A DNA stretch of 64,000 bases from NCBI GenBank assembly GCA_045539955.1, contig JAZQGI010000011.1:16832-80831 (forward strand), given 5' to 3'. Shown here in pieces: positions 26,734 to 35,452 of this stretch. Each line of letters opens with the position of its first letter. The first letter of the stretch is position 1. Under the pieces are notes generated by a model. It saw only the letters and a list, made by a program, of their open reading frames with translations. It made no database searches and was not told the DNA's origin. This DNA comes from Acutalibacteraceae bacterium (lineage in GTDB: Bacteria > Bacillota > Clostridia > Oscillospirales > Acutalibacteraceae). A program made the translations under genes and the position numbers.

Positions 26734-26807
26734 AAAAAACAGCACCCACTTTCGTGAGTGCTGTGAACTTTGAGAAATATAAGATTATCTCTTTGAGAAC
26801 TGAGGTG
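26734..26807. repeat. 74-bp direct repeat, copy B (genuine rpsI 3' end plus terminator)
   Basis: See copy A. Includes the rpsI stop codon at 26785-26787 and the terminator hairpin at 26740-26763. Confidence 0.85.
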
Positions 26808-27183
26808 CACGACGTGCGCCTTTGAGACCGTATTTCTTTCTTTCCTTCATTCTTGGGTCACGAGTCAAGAGACCTGCTTTTTTGAGGCTTGAACGAAGTT
26901 CGCCGTCGAACTGAAGAAGAGCACGTGAAATACCGTGACGGATAGCACCAGCCTGACCAGTAACACCGCCGCCAGCAACACGGCAAACGATATCGAACTT
27001 GTCAGCAGTACCTGTAAGGTTAAGAGGCTGACGAACGATAAGCTTTAAAGTTTCAAGACCGAAGTAATCGTCAATGTCTCTGTCATTGATAGTGATTTTA
27101 CCGGTACCGTTGTAAACACGAACACGAGCTACAGAAGATTTTCTTCTACCTGTGCCGTAAAAATAACTTTGTCCTTCAAACAT
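26785..27183 (-). CDS. rpsI: 30S ribosomal protein S9
   Basis: 132 aa with the C-terminal [14 protein letters not shown] signature. Confidence 0.95.
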   Translation of the reverse strand: MFEGQSYFYGTGRRKSSVARVRVYNGTGKITINDRDIDDYFGLETLKLIVRQPLNLTGTADKFDIVCRVAGGGVTGQAGAIRHGISRALLQFDGELRSSLKKAGLLTRDPRMKERKKYGLKGARRAPQFSKR

Positions 27184-27200
27184 TGTCTATTACTCCTTTC

Positions 27201-27629
27201 TTAAAATTCATAAACTTCAGGCTTCTGAGCTACTTGCTTGTAATCAGCGCCTGCATAAACGTGAAGTCTTGTAAGAGCCTTGCGGCCGATTGTTGTGTCG
27301 GGTACCATACCCTTAACTGCAAGTTCCATAGCGAGTTCAGGACGGGTAGCCATTAAAGTAGCGTACTTAACTTCTTTAAGACCGCCGATGTAACCTGTAT
27401 GACGACGATAGAACTTATTCTGTAATTTGTTACCTGTTAAAACTGCCTTTTCAGCATTGATAACTACAACGTGGTCACCGCAATCTACATGAGGGGTGAA
27501 CTCGGGCTTAACCTTACCGCGAAGTAAATCAGCAACCTTTGTTGCTGTGCGGCCAAGAGGTCTGCCAGCTGCGTCGATAATATACCATTTACGCTGAATT
27601 TCAGCAGGTTTTGCCATGAATGTTGACAT
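27201..27629 (-). CDS. rplM: 50S ribosomal protein L13
   Basis: Start at ATG 27629 ([20 protein letters not shown]) with GGAGGG SD. 142 aa. Confidence 0.95.
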   Translation of the reverse strand: MSTFMAKPAEIQRKWYIIDAAGRPLGRTATKVADLLRGKVKPEFTPHVDCGDHVVVINAEKAVLTGNKLQNKFYRRHTGYIGGLKEVKYATLMATRPELAMELAVKGMVPDTTIGRKALTRLHVYAGADYKQVAQKPEVYEF

Positions 27630-27659
27630 TTTAAAACCCTCCAAAAATTTATGTTTACT

Positions 27660-27676
27660 GCAACAATTCCTGTTGC
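27660..27676 (-). promoter_or_regulatory. hairpin in the rplM 5' leader (possible L13 autoregulatory leader)
   Basis: GCAACA-ggaat-TGTTGC between the promoter and the SD. An L13 leader is known in low-GC Gram-positives, but identity cannot be verified here. Confidence 0.25.
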
Positions 27677-27688
27677 GTCAGCTTGAAT

Positions 27689-27717
27689 ATAATACCACAA
27701 CCAAAATTCCTTGTCAA
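27689..27717 (-). promoter_or_regulatory. strong sigmaA promoter of rplM-rpsI (TTGACA-17-TGgTATTAT)
   Basis: Minus sense: consensus -35 TTGACA at 27717-27712, 17-bp spacer, TG-extended -10 TATTAT at 27694-27689. Confidence 0.7.
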
Positions 27718-27759
27718 CACATTTTTCGAAAATTTTTAATTTACATTTAACTTCCTTCG

Positions 27760-27797
27760 TTTTTCTTTGATTTTCTCTTGTTTTCTCTTGTTTTCTC
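27760..27797. repeat. 10-bp-phased T/A tracts (TTGTTTTCTC x3 plus one related unit) upstream of the rplM promoter
   Basis: T-tracts start at 27760/61, 27771, 27781 and 27791, an exact 10-bp period. Confidence 0.7.
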
Positions 27798-27884
27798 AAT
27801 TGCTATTTTATGTTTTTATATGTTAAAAATATGAAAAGGGAGCTGAAACAACTCCCTTAAGAAATACATAAACTAACCATTTAT

Positions 27885-28775
27885 CTATTCCCAATAACCG
27901 AATTTTTGTCCGCGTTCATACAACTTTTTTGCAAAAAATGAGTAACCGTATTCGTTAAGATGAATATCATTTGGATTATTTTTAAGCCTGAAAGAAGGCG
28001 GTATTATACCATCTTTCATTTTTTCAAGGTCTTGTGTTGTTGGATAAAGCCCTTCCTTTGAAAAACCGTTCTCAAGTAATTCTTTTCGAAAATCAACCGC
28101 TTTATCTCCAAACGCTTTTATAAATGCTTCAGAATAATAACCATCCCAATAAGGAATTATAACAAGATAACAATCATTACCGTGGCGTTCTATCATTTTT
28201 TTGTTTTGCTCCACAAGAAAATCTATATCTTCTTGTGTAGGAACACCCAATATCCGCCCATTTGTACCTATGTAAAAAATTTCACAGAAACTACCCTTTG
28301 ACTGTTCTGTTGCTGATTCAAAAACAACCTCAGCCCCCTTTGGTATAACTGCCTTTTCGCCTAAACCGTTAAGACGTCTTATACGGAAAGATTTCCCATC
28401 CTTTGGCAAATTGTATTCTTGTCCATTTATAAAAATCAAATTAGAATCAAACTCATACGGGCTAAAGGGATTGGGATGCAAGCTTAAATTAAGCATCGTC
28501 CCATCTTCCAAACAAAAAGTATGGCTGTTATCCGAACCCATATCAATATAAAGATCTTCTTCATTAAAAACGAGTTCTTTTGCCGTATAAACTTTATATG
28601 CGCCCTGCCTTGCCGCTATAGTTTTAGCGGTTTCTCCTCCGCCACCCGCATTTATAACAGTATAACCGTCACCTAATAAAGCGCCTAAAACTGCGGGATA
28701 TGTTTCAGTTGGTTTCATACTCATACCAACTGTTATGCTATCTCCCCAACAAATAATTCTTTTTTTATCCATCAT
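27885..28775 (-). CDS. SGNH/GDSL-family hydrolase
   Basis: Block I motif ICWGDSITVG close to the N-terminus. Start placed at the ATGATG at 28775/28772. Confidence 0.7.
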   Translation of the reverse strand: MMDKKRIICWGDSITVGMSMKPTETYPAVLGALLGDGYTVINAGGGGETAKTIAARQGAYKVYTAKELVFNEEDLYIDMGSDNSHTFCLEDGTMLNLSLHPNPFSPYEFDSNLIFINGQEYNLPKDGKSFRIRRLNGLGEKAVIPKGAEVVFESATEQSKGSFCEIFYIGTNGRILGVPTQEDIDFLVEQNKKMIERHGNDCYLVIIPYWDGYYSEAFIKAFGDKAVDFRKELLENGFSKEGLYPTTQDLEKMKDGIIPPSFRLKNNPNDIHLNEYGYSFFAKKLYERGQKFGYWE

Positions 28776-28896
28776 TCTCACACTTCTTCCTGCAAACATT
28801 ATATCCGTATTAGAAAAGTATGTCAATGTTCACTAATGATATTGACAAATAAAAAAACCACATCATATTCGATGCGGTTTATGCGGTTTTCTACTG

Positions 28897-29265
28897 TTAT
28901 GTAGCAAAACCTGTGGGGTTTATATCAAGTCCGAAGCTGACAGAAAGTGCCTTGTCCACCTTGCCCATAGCCGAAATATCAAGCGCTCCCATCTTTTCTT
29001 TCAAGCGCCTTTTATCAATAGTTCTCACCTGTTCGAGCAATACAATAGAATCCTTTGCAAGACCGCAGTTATCGGCATCAACTGAAATATGTGTAGGTAA
29101 TTTAGTTTTATCGCGCTGACTTGTAATTGCTGCCGCTATAACAGTTGGGCTGTATTTATTACCCACATCATTTTGAATTATCAAAACAGGCCTTACTCCG
29201 CCCTGCTCCGAACCGATTACGGGACTTAAATCTGCATAATAAATTTCTCCGCGTTTTATATTCAT
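28897..29265 (-). CDS. mazF: MazF/EndoA (PemK-family) mRNA interferase toxin
   Basis: 122 aa. [47 protein letters not shown] is near-identical in pattern to B. subtilis NdoA/EndoA. Confidence 0.9.
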   Translation of the reverse strand: MNIKRGEIYYADLSPVIGSEQGGVRPVLIIQNDVGNKYSPTVIAAAITSQRDKTKLPTHISVDADNCGLAKDSIVLLEQVRTIDKRRLKEKMGALDISAMGKVDKALSVSFGLDINPTGFAT

Positions 29266-29370
29266 ATACTTTTCACACTCCGATTATATTCTTGACTGAA
29301 ACTTGCAAAAATAATCATCTGATTATTTTACATTACATAATATGTGAAAAATATTTTTCGGTTAACCGTA

Positions 29371-29399
29371 TTGACTTTGAAGTTTTGCAAGGGTATAAT
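29371..29399 (+). promoter_or_regulatory. sigmaA promoter of copA (TTGACT-17-TATAAT)
   Basis: -35 at 29371-29376, -10 at 29394-29399, 22 nt before the ATG region. Confidence 0.6.
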
Positions 29400-29421
29400 T
29401 TTAGTTAGAGGTGACTAACTG

Positions 29422-31905
29422 ATGGAATCCTATAATATTACAGGTATGAGCTGTGCCGCCTGCAGTGCAAGAGTTGAGGCCTGCGTATCCTCGCTTGATG
29501 GTGTCAGTGAATGCTCTGTTAATTTACTTACAAATTCGATGACCGTATCGGGTAACGCGTCCTCAGAAGATATCATAAACGCCGTCAAAAAAGCAGGCTA
29601 CGGTGCCACATTAAAGGGTGAAAAAATAGCATCTGACAGCAATTCGCTTGAAGACACCCAAACACCGCTTTTAAAGAAACGTCTTGTGTTCTCTCTCGGA
29701 TTTTTAGCTATTCTTATGTATGTTTCAATGGGACATACTATGTGGGGCTTTCCCCTACCCGCTTCTATAGAAAAAAATTATTTATTACTTGCCATAATTC
29801 AAGCCGTTTTAACCGTTATAATAATGGTTTTAAACAAGCAATTCTTTATAAACGGATTTAAAGGACTTATTCACCGAGCGCCTAATATGGACACTCTGGT
29901 AGCATTAGGTTCTGGTGCGGGTTTTGTTTATAGTACAGCAGCGCTTTTTAATATAATGGCAGCACAATTAAACGGAAATCTCTCAAGCGCCGCACATTCA
30001 CTACACAATCTCTATTTTGAGTCAAGCGCAATGATTTTAGCGCTTATTACTTTGGGCAAAATGCTTGAAGCAAGAGCCAAAGGAAAAACGACTAATGCGA
30101 TAAAAAGTCTTATGGACCTATCCCCAAAAACCGCCACTTTACTTATTGACGGTAAAGAAACCACTGTCGCAGTGGAAAAAGTCAATATCGGTGATATTTT
30201 TATTGTAAAACCTGGTGAAAGCATTGCGGTTGACGGAATAGTGCTTGAAGGCTTCAGTGCAGTTGATGAATCAATGCTAAGCGGTGAAAGTATTCCTGTT
30301 GAAAAACAAGAAAATTCTTCCGTTTGTGCAGGAACTATAAACCAATCAGGCTTTTTAAAATGCAAAGCTACACAGGTCGGTCAAGACACCGCTATTTCAC
30401 AAATTATAAAAATGGTAAGCGATGCTGCTGCCACAAAGGCGCCAATAGCTAAAATTGCTGACAAGGTTTCGGGCATATTTGTTCCGATAGTTATTGTAAT
30501 TGCTTTAATAACAACTATCGTATGGCTGTTACTCGGTCAGACTGTAGGTTTCGCCTTGGCACGCGGTATTTCAGTTTTAGTAATAAGCTGTCCTTGCGCT
30601 CTGGGTCTTGCAACCCCTGTTGCAATAATGGTTGGAAACGGAAAAGGCGCAAAAAACGGCATTCTGTTTAAAAATGCCGTTTCGCTTGAACAGGTTGGCA
30701 AAGCACAAATTATAGCGTTAGATAAAACAGGCACCATAACTCAAGGAAAGCCAAGCGTTACTGACATTATCCCATACAGCATCTCCGAAACCGAGCTTTT
30801 AACCCTTGCCTATTCACTTGAAAAACAGAGTGAACACCCTCTTTCGAAAGCGATTATTAAAAAAGCACAAGAACTGAATATCACACCAAATGCTGTAACC
30901 GAATTTGAGGCAGTTGCAGGCAATGGCCTTAAAGCTCTATGCGGTAAAGATATATTAAAAGGCGGAAATCTTTCATTTGTGGGCGACTGTGTACCTTGCG
31001 AATTCTTATCCCTTGCCGAAACTCTTGCAAATGATGGGAAAACTCCCTTATTCTTCACCAGAAATAATGAATTTTGCGGCATAATCGCAGTTGCGGATAC
31101 CATTAAACCCGAAAGCGCGCAAGCCATTAAGGAATTGCAGAATATGGGACTTCGGGTTATAATGATTACAGGCGACAATAAGCGCACAGCAAACGCTTTA
31201 GCAAAACAGGTCGGCGTTGATGAATTTTTTGCCGAAGTCAAACCAGATGAAAAGGAAAAAATAGTATCCTCTCTTAAATCAAACGGTAAGGTAATAATGG
31301 TTGGTGACGGCATTAATGATGCTCCTGCTCTTACCAGCGCAGATATTGGCGTCGCCATCGGTACAGGTACTGATGTCGCTATAGATGCCGCAGATATTGT
31401 GCTTATGAAAAACAGTCTTTTAGATGTAAGCGCAGGTATACGTCTTTCACGCGCCGTAATTAAAATAATTCGCGAAAATCTATTCTGGGCATTTGTTTAT
31501 AACTGCCTTGGAATACCATTAGCATCAGGTATATTTATTTCCGTTTTCGGTTGGCAACTAAACCCCATGTTTGGTGCCGCCGCTATGAGTCTTTCCTCGT
31601 TTTGCGTTGTATCAAACGCATTAAGACTGAATTTTGTAAATATTTATAACAGTAAAAGAGATAAAAAAATCAAACAAAAGGAGAATAAAAAAATGAGTTA
31701 TAAGACGACCTTGAAAATCGAAGGTATGATGTGTCCTCACTGCGAAGCACGTGTAAAATCCGCATTAGAAAATTTAGATAATACCATCTCAGTCACAGTC
31801 AGCCACAAGGAAGGTACTGCCGTAGTTGTAAGTAAACAGGAAATGGCACAAGCTCTCAAACAAACTGTTGAAGCACAAGGATATAAAGTATTAGAAATTA
31901 TATAA
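29422..31905 (+). CDS. copA: Cu(I)-translocating P1B-type ATPase with N-terminal and C-terminal HMA domains
   Basis: N-terminal GMSCAACSARVE, CPC motif (SCPCALGLATP), DKTGT, GDGINDAP and a C-terminal second HMA (GMMCPHCEARV). 827 aa. Confidence 0.9.
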   Translation: MESYNITGMSCAACSARVEACVSSLDGVSECSVNLLTNSMTVSGNASSEDIINAVKKAGYGATLKGEKIASDSNSLEDTQTPLLKKRLVFSLGFLAILMYVSMGHTMWGFPLPASIEKNYLLLAIIQAVLTVIIMVLNKQFFINGFKGLIHRAPNMDTLVALGSGAGFVYSTAALFNIMAAQLNGNLSSAAHSLHNLYFESSAMILALITLGKMLEARAKGKTTNAIKSLMDLSPKTATLLIDGKETTVAVEKVNIGDIFIVKPGESIAVDGIVLEGFSAVDESMLSGESIPVEKQENSSVCAGTINQSGFLKCKATQVGQDTAISQIIKMVSDAAATKAPIAKIADKVSGIFVPIVIVIALITTIVWLLLGQTVGFALARGISVLVISCPCALGLATPVAIMVGNGKGAKNGILFKNAVSLEQVGKAQIIALDKTGTITQGKPSVTDIIPYSISETELLTLAYSLEKQSEHPLSKAIIKKAQELNITPNAVTEFEAVAGNGLKALCGKDILKGGNLSFVGDCVPCEFLSLAETLANDGKTPLFFTRNNEFCGIIAVADTIKPESAQAIKELQNMGLRVIMITGDNKRTANALAKQVGVDEFFAEVKPDEKEKIVSSLKSNGKVIMVGDGINDAPALTSADIGVAIGTGTDVAIDAADIVLMKNSLLDVSAGIRLSRAVIKIIRENLFWAFVYNCLGIPLASGIFISVFGWQLNPMFGAAAMSLSSFCVVSNALRLNFVNIYNSKRDKKIKQKENKKMSYKTTLKIEGMMCPHCEARVKSALENLDNTISVTVSHKEGTAVVVSKQEMAQALKQTVEAQGYKVLEII

Positions 31906-31908
31906 GAC

Positions 31909-31940
31909 AAAATCCCGTTGCAATGCAACGGGATTTTTTT
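31909..31940. terminator. bidirectional terminator between copA and the aro operon
   Basis: ATCCCGTTGC-aat-GCAACGGGAT flanked by an A3 run and a T7 run. Confidence 0.8.
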
Positions 31941-32976
31941 ACAGCTTATCTGCAATATCTAAAATAAGTTTTTCTGTCTTTTCCCAACCAAGACACGGGT
32001 CGGTAATAGATTTGCCGAAGATATGCTCTTCTGCCTTGCAAGCGCCATCCTCAATATAGCTTTCAATCATAAGCCCTTTTACAAGACTCTTGATATCGTT
32101 ATTGTGGTTACGGCTGTGAATAACCTCTTTAGCAATGCGGACCTGTTCTAAATACTGTTTTCCTGAATTTGCGTGGTTGGTATCAACAATAACAGACGGA
32201 TTAGCCAAAGTTGTCTTTGAATAAAGCTCATTTAAAGCCACAAGGTCTTCATAATGATAGTTAGAAACATTTTTACCTGCAAAATCAACATATCCACGTA
32301 ATATAGCGTGAGTTAAAGGGTTGCCTGAGCTTTGCACTTCCCAACCGCGATAAAGGAACGTATGACTTGCTTGACCTGCTTTAATTGAGTTCATCATTAC
32401 GCTCAGGTCACCGCTTGTTGGGTTTTTCATACCTACAGGCTCATCTATACCACTGGCAGTAAGCCTGTGCTGTTGATTTTCGGCAGAACGTGCGCCTACT
32501 GCAACATACGCAAGTAAATCTGACAAATAACGGTGATTTTCAGGGTAAAGCATTTCATCCGCACAGGTAAAACCGTAGTCGCGAAGTGCAGACAAATGCA
32601 AATCACGGATAGAAACAATGCCCTTTAACATATCGGGAGCAGTTTCAGGGTCGGGTTGGTGGAGCATTCCCTTGTAGCCCTCACCTGTAGTACGCGGTTT
32701 ATTAGTATAAATACGCGGAACAATTATAATCTTATCCTTTACCTTATCTTCAACAAGACGTAAGCGAGAAATATATTCAAGCACAGGGTCTTTATGGTCA
32801 GCAGAGCACGGACCGATTACAAGAATGAACTTTTCCGATTCACCTGTAAATACTGCTTTGATTTCTTCCGCTCTTTTTTGCTTTACCTTTTCCATTTCGG
32901 CAGTCAATGGATATTGCTCCTTAATCTCCTTTGGAATAGGTAATTTTCTCTTAAAATTCATACTCATTTTCTTCAC
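31939..32976 (-). CDS. 3-deoxy-7-phosphoheptulonate (DAHP) synthase, class I AroF/G/H type
   Basis: 345 aa. ILVIGPCSADHKDPVLEY resembles the E. coli-type VIGPCSIHD motif. Last gene of the aro operon. Confidence 0.8.
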   Translation of the reverse strand: MKKMSMNFKRKLPIPKEIKEQYPLTAEMEKVKQKRAEEIKAVFTGESEKFILVIGPCSADHKDPVLEYISRLRLVEDKVKDKIIIVPRIYTNKPRTTGEGYKGMLHQPDPETAPDMLKGIVSIRDLHLSALRDYGFTCADEMLYPENHRYLSDLLAYVAVGARSAENQQHRLTASGIDEPVGMKNPTSGDLSVMMNSIKAGQASHTFLYRGWEVQSSGNPLTHAILRGYVDFAGKNVSNYHYEDLVALNELYSKTTLANPSVIVDTNHANSGKQYLEQVRIAKEVIHSRNHNNDIKSLVKGLMIESYIEDGACKAEEHIFGKSITDPCLGWEKTEKLILDIADKL

Positions 32977-33833
32977 ACTTTCTTATTGAATTCGCGGCGA
33001 CGCTTGGTGGAAAGCTTCATCATTTCACGCATACCCTGACGGTCGTCGTTGTTAATAAAATCATATAATTTATCGAATGTTTCGCGGTAAATATCCATTT
33101 GCTCCAATAAAACCTCTTTATTAGATAAAAACAGCTCACTCCACATCTCATCATTTATGTTAGCAATTCGGGTTAAATCTCTGAAAGAGTCGCCCGTGTA
33201 TTCCACTAAATCGGGGTCATCATTCGCGCACATAAGCGAAATTGCAATACAGTGTGTCAGCTGTGACAAAAACGCTATCATTCTATCGTGCTTTTCAACC
33301 GACAATACTGCCACTTTAGCAAAACCCAAAAGCTCACCCAAATTAGCACAAAGTTCTATTGCTTCTTTAGTATTTTTCTCGGTAGGCACAACCAAATAGT
33401 TTGCACCCTTGAAGATAGCATCGTCACTGTTTTCCACGCCCGAAACTTCTTTACCTGCCATTGGGTGTGCCGCGATGTATTCCACATCGCTGCGCAAAAT
33501 ACCTTGTATTTCGTCAACGATACAGCCCTTAACACCCGTAACATCAGTAATTACAGCACCGCTTTTAAAAAACTGCTGATTTTCTTTAACCCAACTCTTA
33601 AAAATATGCGGATAAAGCGCAAAAATAACCAAGTCCGCTTTGCCGATAATTTGCGGTTCAATCGCAGTTGTACCGTAATCAATTATGCCGTTATCTACAG
33701 CATAGTCTATTGAAGACTGGTCCTTTGTAATAGCGTTAACTTCAAAGCCTAATTTCTTAAGTCCTTTAGCATAACTACCGCCCAAAAGACCTAAGCCAAC
33801 AATCAATATATTTACCTTTTTAATAAGCTTCAT
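32973..33833 (-). CDS. tyrA: prephenate dehydrogenase
   Basis: 286 aa. N-terminal Rossmann VNILIVGLGLLGGS and HPMAG motif. Confidence 0.8.
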   Translation of the reverse strand: MKLIKKVNILIVGLGLLGGSYAKGLKKLGFEVNAITKDQSSIDYAVDNGIIDYGTTAIEPQIIGKADLVIFALYPHIFKSWVKENQQFFKSGAVITDVTGVKGCIVDEIQGILRSDVEYIAAHPMAGKEVSGVENSDDAIFKGANYLVVPTEKNTKEAIELCANLGELLGFAKVAVLSVEKHDRMIAFLSQLTHCIAISLMCANDDPDLVEYTGDSFRDLTRIANINDEMWSELFLSNKEVLLEQMDIYRETFDKLYDFINNDDRQGMREMMKLSTKRRREFNKKV

Positions 33834-35025
33834 TTATATCAAGACCTATACTTTTTAGTTTTTCATAAAAATCGGGATAGCTTTTTGATACCGCCTCAGC
33901 ACCCTCTATAACCCCACCCGTAAGGGTTAACAGTAAGGATAAAGCCATGGCTATTCTATGGTCGTTATGAGAACTCAAAACAGAGTTTGGTTTGTTTAAT
34001 TCTCCGCTTTTTATAATTACCGAATCATCAAAAACCTCTACAGCTATTCCGAATTTTTTAAGCTCTTGTTTCATAGCTTCAGCACGGTCACTTTCCTTAA
34101 TTTTAAGACGCTTTGTGCCTGTAAATTCTGCATCTCCTAAAACGGCAGATACAGCAAACAACACAGGTGCTAAGTCAGGACAATCGGACAAGTTAAACCG
34201 TCTTTGTCCATTTCTAAGAGCTTCGAAAATTTCTTTATAAACACGGTCGCCTTGCAGTGTTTGTGGATTTAAGCCTGTCACTTCTACTTTGCCGCCAAGA
34301 TAGTTTAATGCCTCTAAAAAAGCGGCGTTTGAGCAGTCACCCTCAACTGTGTAAACATTATTTCCGTAATATTGACCGCCGTTTATATAAAACACATCAG
34401 CCTTACGATCGATTTTAATGCCAAAGCTTTGCAAAGCCAAAAGAGTTAAATCAATGTAAGATGCACTCTCAAATTTTCCTGTAACAGTAAGCACACTATT
34501 ACAGGAAAGCAACGGCAATAGAAATAACAAACCGCTTATAAACTGACTTGAGATATCTCCTGCGACCTTGTATTCGCAACCTTTAAGATTACCGCAAACC
34601 TTTACGAAATCATCACCCTTTTGGAACAATATTCCCTGTTCTTTAGCGATATCCTCATAAATACCAAGCGGACGCTCAAAAAGTCGTTTTGCGCCTTTCA
34701 GTGTTACAGTTTTGCCGCAAGCCATACACAAGGGCAACAAAAACCTGAGAGTACTACCGCTCTCATTACAGTCAATTACCGTGTTATCAGGAACAGAAGA
34801 TAGTGTAAGTCCGCCCAAGGTTACTGTATCATCAACAATTTCCACACTTGCGCCAAGACATTTAAGGCAACCGATTGTTGCCTCAATATCCTTGGAATAA
34901 CCTATATTTTTAATAATACTTTTTTCGGATAAAGCGCCACAAATAAGCGCCCTGTGAGCCATACTTTTAGACGGCGGTGCCTTAACTTTACCCACCGCAG
35001 TTGACGGTTTAATTGTTACTGTCAT
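33820..35025 (-). CDS. aroA: 3-phosphoshikimate 1-carboxyvinyltransferase (EPSP synthase)
   Basis: PPSKSMAHRALI, NESGSTLRFL and DHRIAMA motifs. Start at ATG 35025 (MTVTIKPS). Confidence 0.9.
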   Translation of the reverse strand: MTVTIKPSTAVGKVKAPPSKSMAHRALICGALSEKSIIKNIGYSKDIEATIGCLKCLGASVEIVDDTVTLGGLTLSSVPDNTVIDCNESGSTLRFLLPLCMACGKTVTLKGAKRLFERPLGIYEDIAKEQGILFQKGDDFVKVCGNLKGCEYKVAGDISSQFISGLLFLLPLLSCNSVLTVTGKFESASYIDLTLLALQSFGIKIDRKADVFYINGGQYYGNNVYTVEGDCSNAAFLEALNYLGGKVEVTGLNPQTLQGDRVYKEIFEALRNGQRRFNLSDCPDLAPVLFAVSAVLGDAEFTGTKRLKIKESDRAEAMKQELKKFGIAVEVFDDSVIIKSGELNKPNSVLSSHNDHRIAMALSLLLTLTGGVIEGAEAVSKSYPDFYEKLKSIGLDINEAY

Positions 35026-35452
35026 TTTCGTTCTCCAAAAGCAAATCAATAGCCTTTATGTAGCCCTTAAACCCAAGTCCTGTAACAGTTTCAAAGCAAT
35101 ATTCTCTAACAAAACTTATCTGTCTGTAATCTTCTCTCTTTGAAACATCAGAAATATGAACTTCCACAGCAGGTATTCCAACCGCTTTTAAAGCATCAAG
35201 CAAAGCTACGCTTGTGTGAGTGTACGCTGCAGGATTTATAACAATACCGTTATATTCACCGTAGGCGTCCTGTATCTCATCAACCAAATCACCCTCGTGA
35301 TTGGACTGAAAAATTTCAACCTCTATACCTTTTTCTTTAGCATAATCCTCTATTAAATCACACAAATCCTTGTAGGTTGCGTTACCGTAAATTTCGGGCT
35401 CGCGAATACCCAGCATATTAAGATTAGGTCCGTTCAAAACCAAAATTTTCAT
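35009..35452 (-). CDS. aroQ: type II 3-dehydroquinate dehydratase
   Basis: MKILVLNGPNLNMLGIREPEIYG ... INPAAYTHTSVAL signature. 147 aa. Confidence 0.9.
   Translation of the reverse strand: MKILVLNGPNLNMLGIREPEIYGNATYKDLCDLIEDYAKEKGIEVEIFQSNHEGDLVDEIQDAYGEYNGIVINPAAYTHTSVALLDALKAVGIPAVEVHISDVSKREDYRQISFVREYCFETVTGLGFKGYIKAIDLLLENENDSNN

Noticed and set aside
25483-26745. The 420-aa ORF in the track (N-terminal extension MLFFARRAARRGADGART...) in front of the ABC ATPase.
   Set aside because: The first 87 codons read through the duplicated rpsI tail, two terminator hairpins, the GC-rich insert and the operon promoter. A canonical GGAGG-ATG start (MIEVKGLSKRYG) lies at 26484.
29266-29322. An 18-codon ORF ([18 protein letters not shown]) overlapping the mazF start as a mini-antitoxin.
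   Set aside because: The ATGA-type overlap is tempting. But the peptide is far shorter than any MazE/AbrB/RHH antitoxin, has no SD, and its sequence is hydrophobic and low-information.
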